A DNA stretch of 63,711 nt, counting the filler, from Sluysia triapertura (Eukaryota): assembly GCA_046118255.1 (NCBI GenBank). It is 5 parts of 5 records of this genome, joined end to end, with 100 filler letters (N's around TTAATTAATTAA, not from the genome) between each part and the next. Parts side by side here need not be neighbours in the genome. Positions count along the whole stretch, not along the records: positions 50,151 to 63,711 come from JBJNIA010032490.1; 4 more parts are not named here. One strand, 5' to 3'. The translations under genes were made by a program, and so were the position numbers. The notes under the pieces were generated by a model that saw only the letters and a program-made list of their open reading frames with translations, was not told the DNA's origin and did no database searches. Below, piece by piece: positions 53,901-63,711 of the stretch (its first letter is position 1; each line of letters begins with the position of its first letter).

Positions 53901-54673
53901 AGATGCAGATGAAGGATTATTGTTCTTAAAGATGGAGGTGTTGGTTAAGCTAGAATAAAAATTGCAGATCAAAAACTGTTCTGTTTTTATTTTTAAAACC
54001 TGTCCTCTTTTATATTGCTTTGTTTATCGCCTTCTTTATACAATTATTGAATTAAATTTCCATTTACAATAAATATCCATTACGGTACATAAATTATTAA
54101 TGCATAGTCTTTTGCATACAAATTGTTGAATCTTTATTTATAATAAATGTACATTATAGTGCATAAATTATTACATAAATATATTTATAAACTATATTTA
54201 TATTATATAGTTTATTATTTATTAGATCCCTGCTTGTAATTAAAATTTTTTAGTGTCATTTGTTTTACTTTATGTAATAATAATATCAAACATTCATATT
54301 ATATTATTCAGTATTCAATAATTTTATAAAATTGAACAATTTTATATTACTTGTTTTGTAACTGAAGATTATTGTTACATAAATTTTGTAAATGTATGTT
54401 AATATATAGTGAATTTTGTGTTATAAGGATTTTAGTAAAATGATTAGCATTAATTTTATTTAATACAGCCATGTCCATGCCCGATAACAAAAAAGGAAAT
54501 CACACAAATTAATATTTAAATTTTAATAATCGATAATGCAAATAATTTTTTGTGTTTTAAGGATTTTAGTAAAATGATTAGCATTAATTTTACTTAATAA
54601 GAATGACAGAATGGTAATAAAGGTTACTGAAAAGCAACATTGATCATGTTTTTAGATTACATGTAGTAAGTGA

Positions 54674-55051
54674 TCATAAATCTGTCAACAAATGATGTAA
54701 CTCAGAAAAGAATAAGTAATTGTCAGTTGTCAATGTGAAATGTCTTGCAGATATGTTATAAGTTAATTGAGCTGAATATTTATGGTGTAAATTTACAGTT
54801 AACGAGTTGACATTTATGTGTTTAGAACGAATAACAAGTAGCAATAACTTAAATAAGATAATTCTCTGATTAGAAGATTTGTGTAAGCGGGTTTGTATAA
54901 ATGACAAAATAAGCTGATTGTGTGATCGATTTGATGTTATATGTTTTAGATAGTGAGAGTCATAATGTTGATAATGTTTATGAAAACAAACAATCAGTAA
55001 GCAATATAAAACAATTTTTCTTAATTTATGAAAACAATTAAGGTTTTTCAA
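54674..55051 (-). CDS. Hydrophobic peptide ORF, paralogue of 10576-10773
   Basis: Shared core SFIQxRLHK..N.RIIL.KL.LLVI. Confidence 0.4.
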   Translation of the reverse strand: MKNLNCFHKLRKIVLYCLLIVCFHKHYQHYDSHYLKHITSNRSHNQLILSFIQTRLHKSSNQRIILFKLLLLVIRSKHINVNSLTVNLHHKYSAQLTYNISARHFTLTTDNYLFFSELHHLLTDL

Positions 55052-55527
55052 AATACAACTATTGGTCTTAAGGACCGTAACATGACTTAAAGTTAAATTT
55101 AAAAGAATGGCACAAGTTTTGATTAATTTACTGCATACACAATTAAACTCAAATAAATATACTAAAATATGAACACTGAGTACTTTTAATAAAAATATGC
55201 AAGAAACTCACATTAGAAAAACGTTTTTCATAATTTTCTTTAAAATGAAATACATTTCTTCATCAAAATTTAGTTGCACATGACAATTTTGAATACCTGA
55301 ATTTAAATCAACGCTGCATATATTCATATTATCATACCTGTATTCAATTGTTATATGAGTGTTATGCATTGGTTCATAGTTCGCATTATGAATAAACATG
55401 CATTTACTCATAGGAGTAGTTTGAAATGTTAGACGATGCGGCATTAAGGTCATATTGCAAACAGTATCAAAATCATAATAATTATTGATTACATTAATTT
55501 TTTGTATTTTTAATAAAATTTTTATAG

Positions 55528-55530
<3 letters not shown>

Positions 55531-55584
<54 letters not shown>
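55531..55584. repeat. (ATT)18 microsatellite
   Basis: Perfect trinucleotide run. Confidence 0.95.
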
Positions 55585-58503
55585 TCAAACTTCAAACATT
55601 GTAATAACAAATAATTTATCAAAGATTGATTATAACTTGTTAAACTGGTATCAAAAATAACAAATACAAAAACAGCATGTATTTTTAATATTCAGAAGAT
55701 AATTATGAAAAGGTTCACTTATTCCACTTGTATTTATGAATAATTCATTAGAATCGTTTTGATGAATTGAATTTGAATTTGTTTAACTTCACGTAAATTA
55801 TTCAGACTAAAAACATCGTAATTTTCTTGTTTAAATCGTCTTGGATCTTATACGTGACGCCTAAAGCATCTTATGCCGCGGTTTGTTTCTGTAAAGTATG
55901 CGATGGAGATGCATCACAATCTGTGCTTTGACATAGTTTTTTTATGTCATCTTGTAAGTGGTCTAGATAATGTTCCAAACCAAGTTTGTTAATCGACTGT
56001 TAAATGCATTGACTAATTTCTTCAGTTTGTTTACTTTTCGCCTTCTTCTATGTTCAGAACGAGGTTGGGTTATATTTGTTTTTTCACTTACTGTGGGTAC
56101 ACAAAATGAAAAAAATTAAATGATAAGAATAAAACGATAAAAACAATATTATTATCACTGTGACTAATTATTGCCATTATCTGCGATTGTTATTCGCCTA
56201 ATGTTTGGAATGAGGGAATTGAGAGATGTTATTGTTTTGCATGAAGTGTGTTATTTATAAATTTGTATAGAACTTAATGTATTGTGTTAAGTGCGTTTAA
56301 CATCTTTTGGTTGATTGTTTACTAAATATGTAATTATTATTTAAGTGTTCAATTTTTGTGTTATCATAATGAATAATGATATAAAATTTTTGAATTATTA
56401 GGTATACCGCCACAACTTGGTTCAGCATACGTTTGTACTACTTAGTAATTATAATCAGATATTCATTGATTAGCTATAAATTTAGTAATTCATAAATAAC
56501 TATAATTTAGCATTTCATATTCGTTTATTTTAGTAAAAAATCTCATTCATTAACATTATAATAAATGTTTATATTGTAATTTATCATCATTCAGTTTTAT
56601 TTAGCAAAAATCTCATTCATTAATAACCATTCTACATTCATTTATATTCGTGTTCTGCTTTTATGTGCTTTTCTTAAACTTACAAAATTAGTATGAAGGA
56701 TTCGCCTAAATTATACGATTTAGACTAGAATTCTCACTGACTCACCTGTAGGAATTTTTAAATATTAAATGAATAGCTCTTATTCTATAATTACTACGAA
56801 ATTACTTAATCAGTCTACTTAATTTGTTATGTCAACTATTCTGATAACTATTCTGATATGTTAATCACTAATTTGAGTCTCTAGTAGTGTTAATAATCTT
56901 AATATTATGGTTTATCACTACTTAATATTATCATTACAAAATTCTCCTGAAAATTAAATTTTTCCTTATCTTTCTTCAAGAAGAAGTCTTAGAATGCTAC
57001 CGCAATTGCTAATTATTATTAACATTATTCACATACAACCCCCCAATTCACATATTCACATGTAAAAAGAAATAAGGATTTAATTTAATTTATTTGGAAA
57101 CATAATTTGTATTCTGCCTTTTCACTGTTACCTTGAAAAACTATATTCATATTTTACAAAATTATACAATAAAGTTTGCCTTATTTTAACATAATCTAGT
57201 GGCATTATTAATGTTTAAGCTATTATAGAGTAATTTGAATATTTTTAAAAAAAATAATTATTTTAACTTACCATCAAACGCATTCATTTAATATATTTCC
57301 CAATATTTATTTTCAAATATTCGTTTCAAATTTCCAAACAATTATTTTAATAATTTCATTGACAATTCATTATTTTTTAAACATTTTCATTTTTTAAGCA
57401 TTCGTTACTTATAAGCATATATATTATTCAATTATAATATTTGTTTCGCCATTTTAGAGTTAACATGTACTGCAGAGGCATTATGTTAATCATTATCTTA
57501 AAGTAAAAATTATTATTTTTACATATTTTTTAATCATTATGTACTTATGTATAAATTAATTATTAATAAACTTTTATTATTTTATTAATTTTATTTCGGA
57601 AAATAATCTTAGATTAAAATTGAACATTATGTTACAATTTAAACTAACATTTTTATTATTATTATCATTAATAGTATTATAATTTTTATTATTATCATTA
57701 TAATTATTATTTATGTTATTATTATTATTAATTATATCGAACCATATTAAAATACAATCTATTTTTAGATTAAATCAATTTAAGCGACAAAATGTATTTA
57801 ATTATTTAATTATTGTTTATAATTTTGATGTTAGCTTCGACCAATAACTATTTTATTATTTAAACATAATAAAGACATGATTAATGTATTAAGATAACTA
57901 TAAAGTGTATATATTATGCACACATTATCAAGTATAAATTATTTTATATGGTTTTATTAAGAATTGTGATGTTTGTTTATTCTGTAATTGTACTTTCAAA
58001 GTTTAATTATGTAAGATTTATCATCATTTATGTCTAAATTAGGACATTTTCATTTTTTAATTATTCATGAACCAGTACTTTGTTCTATATCAAAAAGTAT
58101 TTAATGTTGAAATTTTGAATAATATTCTATAAGTATATTAAAATTTTAATTTGTATTTAAAGAAAATTATATTTCATACTTTAAGATATATTTTACAATT
58201 GGAGAAAACTATTTTATTCACAACAAAAAACAATAAACTTGTTGGAAGAAAGTTAAATTGTTTTTCACTTTAAAGGATACATTTTGTATTTGAAGAAGAC
58301 TATATTTTATTTTGGAAAAATCAATTTGATATTTTATTAGTTGATCGTTAGTTTTTTGACTATTATAAGTTGATTTTTAATTGTTTGTCTAAAATACATT
58401 TAATTTCTTAAATTATAATTTAGTAACGTTTACGTACATTATATAAACTTTGCGTAATAAATTAAGATAATTATAAAATTAATATTATTAAATATTATTG
58501 TAT

Positions 58504-58666
58504 TGTTGGGGCAAAAAGGCCTAAAAAAAAGTGCCAAGTAGTATAATTGAATATAATGAAAATGAAAAAGTTAGACGGGGCTGATAGCTCAGTGGTAGAG
58601 AAGTCGAACTGCGCAGCGATGGTCCCGGGTTCGATCCCCGGTCAGTCCATTTTACGAAGTCTAACA
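58504..58666 (+). mobile_element. Solo LTR of the tRNA-LTR TRIM
   Basis: TGTTGG...GTCTAACA flanked by the 4-bp duplication GTAT (58500-58503 and 58667-58670). Confidence 0.88.
58578..58649 (+). tRNA. tRNA-Ala-like gene inside the LTR (best-preserved copy)
   Basis: Acceptor GGGCTGA/TCAGTCC with G3:U70 and A73. A box TAGCTCAGTGG, T arm CCGGG-TTCGATC-CCCGG, TTTT terminator at 58650. Anticodon arm irregular. Confidence 0.7.
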
Positions 58667-61600
58667 GTATTATTTTATCGAACCTTTAACATTTTTGTGA
58701 CAGTTAATTTAATTCTGTGTATAAGTACATTTGATTATTAAGTTTTCTTTTAAAATTAAATAATTGAAGTAATATTGTTATCCTGAGTACTAACTAACAT
58801 TTTGATTTAAGTTGTATAATCGAATTTTGTGTTTATTTTAATAAATAGTTTATGATATCACTGTGTTTTTGATAAGTAATAATCATTTTAAAATTTGTAT
58901 ATTTATAAACATTTAACGCAGATAATTTTTGAATAAAATAATATCTAAGTTAACATTTCATCTTTGAATCGTGATTATACGTCATTTATTTCTAAAATTA
59001 TAATAAATTAAAAGAATTCAATTGCAATAAGTGTTTAAAAATTGGAAATACGTAGAGCCAAGAATTAATTTAAATATAAATCTCCAGTTTTATCTTTCTT
59101 TTCTTGAGCTTCGAATCTATGTGCTGACCCTTCGGTGAGTAAGTCCAGTATCATAAAGAACATAAAATAAGAATAAAGAAACTAATCCAAAAGCAAATAT
59201 CTATCTTTAATCACCAAATATTCACAATATATTAAAATTTTCATGCAAAAGATTTAACTACGAATAATAAACCAGACAAACATATGAAGATAAACGTCCT
59301 ACAATTCGAAAATTCTGCTACATATTTAATGACAATTTAAAGTAACCACATCCAAAATATATATATTTAACTGTTAATGAACAACTATTACTTGCCTGGA
59401 AGATATTTTAATCAGAAAACCGCGAAATTATAATTTTTTTGGTTTTATAAGCTCTAAATATAGGAAAATTTAATTTTAGTTTAATTTTAGTTTTTATGGT
59501 AAATGGTCGTTATTAATCTTAAAAAAGGATGGCGCTTAGAGAGCTTATTGAAAGTAATTATGGAAATATTATCTTTTGAAAAGACTACTTTATCAAGGTG
59601 AGGTTTTAATGTTATGGAAAAACTAAATTGAAAGCTTTAATTTTAAACATAACACACCATTTAAAATCCATAATTAGCACAGAAAAACAAATTACATTTA
59701 TAATGTAAGGTTGTAAATTAAAATTTTTGTATAAAATTTATATTTTATTATTTATTTTATATTTTATGCATTTTTTATTTTATGTTTCGTGCATTTATTA
59801 AAAATTATAAAAATTACTATTTAAAAAATTACAATTAACATTATTTTAAAAATTATAAATAAAATTTAATTATTTTAAATTACAAAGAAAACAAAGGATA
59901 TTAGAACCGGCTGTTTTTATTAACAAAATTTTTAATATGGTTCCTTACAGTATATAAAGACGTAAAAAAATAGTGACAAGTTAATCACACAAGTGGTAAC
60001 CATTTTAATTATACAAGTTGATGATATAAAGTGTAACACTGCTGTACGGAGAACAATTCAATTCAAGTTATTATATTAAATTCAATTGATTATATTCGAC
60101 AATTGGTCTGTATTGACGAGATAAACTTTTATATTCGGCAGCACCATTAATTTTATCAAAACAAATTAGTTATCAATTAAGTAGTAAGTTTAATTTTAAT
60201 AGACTGAAAACTCGTAAGAGTTATATACTTAAACTTTTCTATTTTCAATTGGTCCTTAAGATCAATAATAAAATATTGTCAAATAGATAGAGACTTCGAA
60301 CTAGATCGAATTAAAATATTATTGCTATTATCATTATTATTTTATAATTTTGTTTACATTATTAAACTCTGTTTTTTTTACTAATGCATACATTTATCGG
60401 AATTTTTGGTAAGCTATTTTAACATTTTTGATAATTAACTTTTGGTAATGCTTGTTGTTATTTATAATTTAATTAACATTTAAGTAGTTCTTAGAACGTA
60501 TGTATTTAAGGCTGTTTGATCACTTTACTATCTAGGATAAAATTATACAAGACTTGACATAAATATATATTAGTGTTAAAGACTTTAATTTAAACGAATT
60601 TCGTAATACACGTCATAGTAAAAGACATTTTTATGTTATTCTTTAAGCATACTTTCACGTTACTTACAGATACACCATTGGTAAGTGGTGTACTGTGAGC
60701 GGACTCTGAATATTAATTTATTTTGCTGTTAGGTAAGTTTTTAGTTAAAAGAATAAAACAGTCAGTAATAAGAATTCACTACACTGTCTTCATTATTTTC
60801 TATCACAGTTTCTCGAATGTGATGTTTAAGCAGGAATATCCTGTCATTTTTAAGAATAGTTACGAAGTTTGTGCATATCAAGTTATCAATATTTCTGAGT
60901 TTCCTTCTAGAAGGAAAATAACTAACAAAAAATTTAATACCCGAATCGCTAAATTTGTTGTTCATCATTTTATATATTGAACGACTTATAAAATAGCATC
61001 AATTTTGCTTTTTTAATTTAATTCTTTTATTCACATTATTATTAAAAGAAGTTACGAACTCTAAATAGCTAATTTATTCATTTCAACTCAAAAATTAATC
61101 AAAACTTTTTTTAGATCTTTAATTACTTTAGGTAACTATAAATGTTGAAAATAAAACCAAGACAAATATCCGTTGGTTAAGGCAGTAACTAACTTATCTA
61201 TAACTGATTTAATTTTAATCTCGTTTTTATTAATGTCACGAAATCTAAATCACATAAAAGAGAATTTCTATAAAAACTTGAAATACTAGAAGAACATAAA
61301 TGACTTCATAAAATAAATTTATTAACACATTCGTAAAATTTTGAAAACTAAGACTATTAAATTTATAACCTAAATGAATTTTTTGTTCATCAACAGAAAT
61401 TTTATTAATAGGTTCTAAAACTTTGTAATCCATAGATTTATTTTTAAAATCATTATTTAAAATATTGTCTCTATTTATAGTATTTGGATTTGATTCACCC
61501 GATCTATCTGTTATGTACATGCCGACATGGTTGCACTTTGCATAAATAAGTTTGGCAAAGTTTATTCAGATTCTAAAATTAACTTCAAAACGAATTCAAA

Positions 61601-63005
61601 TTTAATTGTTAATAATAATAAAATCGAGATTTTAATCAGGTTCTAAAATGAAGCTCTTGGTATATTCAAAAATAAGGAGTACTAAATTAATATGAAATTA
61701 TATTAAACAAAATAGATGCAAGTTTAACAAGATTATTAGAAAATAATCTTAGGGTCAATAGCTATTTTAAACAAAAGTAAAAATTTATGAAATTTTCTCT
61801 ATTCCCAAATATCAGATTAATTTATTAAATTATTAAAAAAATGATGATTAAAAATAATTTATAAAATAATTTACTTTAAAATTAAATTTATCATCCTTAA
61901 AATTAAATTTATATTTAAATTTATTTGAATGAACTAAAAATCGATAAAATCAATATCTTACTATATTACTATACATATAAACATACAAACTTTGTTACTA
62001 TAACTATAGAAGATATGAACATTTGAACTTTATTTTTGAAAATTATAACAATTGTTATATTGCTTATTTCTTCATTTTTTGTTTTTTCTTTAATTTTATT
62101 TTTATAATTTAAGAATCAAGTAAAATTAATTCATGAATTAAATATAAGAAATTGTTAACTAGTGAGGATTTGTACAACTAGTTCAACTAGGAACAATTAC
62201 GTTTAAATTGGAAAATCGATTTAAAATTGTACAAACTCTTAATATTAATATTGTCAAAATCATAAAAATAACCGTTGTATAAGCAAATTTGACTACAGGA
62301 GCCGTGTAGAAATCTTTGATCTTCAATAAATATATTTTTATACTATCTTTTACATTTCTGAAACCAAATAAAATTTGTTTTATTTTTAAATTCAATTAAT
62401 TTATCTAATTTTATTTTTTGAATTTATATAAATTTGAAGTAGTTAAAACTGCATCAATAAAACAATCATAATATTCTGGAACAAACAACTTTATGCGAAT
62501 ATAATATGATACTACTGCTATATATTAAAAAATTGTGTAATAATTTGGCAAGTCTCAAGAAAGAATTTTCGAACAAGTTTAAAATATGTTATCTGACATA
62601 TTAAAAAGCTTTATTTATTCATTTTAAAACCTCAGCAAATATTCCTAATTTGGCTACTCTCGTCAGCTTATGATGGTGAAGGAATAACTATATATTAGAG
62701 TCTATTAAAATAGACGAATTGTATCCTCTTTGTCTTAAATGTGTCAACGAATAAAAATTTTAAATGAAATTATTATTATTAAATTTTAAATTATTATTAC
62801 AATAAGATAATAATTAATATTATCCGTCACAGTTTTATTTTATAAATGATTTTTGACTACGTATAATATGTGATTATATTTTAAACCATACTAGATAATG
62901 AATATAAACCAAATATGAATTATTTTATGAAAGTTTCTCAATATCTTTTATAAATCATTTAATTATTAAAATACTTTATTCATTTTAATTTATGTTTATA
63001 ATTAA

Positions 63006-63311
63006 CCGTTTGAGTCCGGCGAAGCGCTATCGCGCTTCACTTGTCGTATGCCAAAAATAAGGCACAGCTCGATAACGGTTTTCTTGTTTTGCATCGATAA
63101 TGCGAAGATGCTGTTATTGGTACATAAGGAGTTTGTGCAGCAAAACATTTCTGTAATAAGTGAAAATAAAAATTTTTTGATCAAAATTACTTGTTACATA
63201 ACAATTCGTGTTAATTATAACCATTTTCATTGTTCCCCGCCAAAAAAATACTATGCATTTCATCCCGGACTTTTAGCGTAAGCATAAGAAAATTCTCCCG
63301 CACTCAAACGG
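63006..63311. mobile_element. 306-bp TTAA-targeting (piggyBac-type) MITE
   Basis: TIR CCGTTTGAGT(C/G)CGG, TTAA at 63002-63005 and 63312-63315, subterminal palindrome GAAGCGCTATCGCGCTTC. Confidence 0.88.
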
Positions 63312-63611
63312 TTAAAATAAAAATAATAATCAAGTAATATAATTTGTAAAATTCGCAATAATTATTATTTGCATAAAGAAACAAAATTTTTCTTTTAATA
63401 ACAAAGCTACGATTTACATAGTATTTAAACGATCTAATATGTTTCAAAATTATCAGAAGAATGTTTTAAAAACTAAATATACAAAACAATAAAACTAACC
63501 TTTTAGGTAAATTTAGTGTTTCTTCTGTAATATTAACTTTACTTAACATATAAGATTTCTAAAGTATAATAAAATTTAATATTCAATATAAGTATTAATA
63601 TTAATATAAGT

Positions 63612-63711
63612 CAGTGGTCTCAAAGTGGCGGCCAGCGGAGGCAAATCATGCGGCCCGTGTATTTACAAACAATACCAGGATAGGTACACGAATATTCATC
63701 CGTTATTTTGA
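63612..63711 (+). mobile_element. Left end of a hAT (Charlie-like) element
   Basis: CAGTGGTCTCAAAGTGGCGGCC...TGCGGCCCG terminus with repeated GCGGCC subterminal motifs. Confidence 0.65.

Noticed and set aside
58578-58649. Ordinary tRNA gene or tRNA-SINE
   Set aside because: About 70 bp of conserved sequence upstream of the tRNA, TG...CA ends, PBS/PPT and 4-bp TSDs fit an LTR. The anticodon arm is irregular.
58547-58741. 64-aa ORF
   Set aside because: Incidental read-through of the tRNA-containing LTR.
59100-62400. Possible host exons (short ORFs and splice-like sites)
   Set aside because: No recognisable domain and no consistent frame; cannot be supported.
63002-63281. Two ORFs in the MITE
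   Set aside because: No transposase motifs; incidental.

Overview
Very AT-rich eukaryotic (probably invertebrate) scaffold made of five contigs joined by artificial N44-TTAATTAATTAA-N44 linkers. I found no intact host gene; the window is mostly transposon-derived and pseudogenic. Main content: (1) A miniature LTR retrotransposon (TRIM) whose ~160-bp LTRs contain a tRNA-Ala-like Pol III gene. There are two two-LTR copies with a PBS (a PPT is clear in one) and two solo LTRs; 4-bp target-site duplications are exact in three copies and have one mismatch in the fourth. It looks like a tRNA analogue of the 5S-bearing Cassandra TRIMs. (2) A decayed Ty3/Gypsy element of at least 11.6 kb with unusual order: chuvirus-like glycoprotein upstream of PR-RT-RH-IN, then a second aspartic protease, membrane proteins, and two accessory ORFs behind their own splice acceptors (RING-H2; DEDDh-exonuclease-like), then PPT and 3' LTR. 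(3) A family of 3-5 kb modular repeats sharing ordered blocks but carrying different cargo, including an intronless AMPK-alpha copy and an RRM+CCCH chimera. (4) Tc1/mariner and maT remnants, TTAA MITEs, a hAT end, a LINE remnant, and scattered host-gene fragments (ZFR/ILF3 DZF, matrin-type zinc fingers, FNR-type NAD-binding). All family assignments come from manual motif recognition; no database searches were run.
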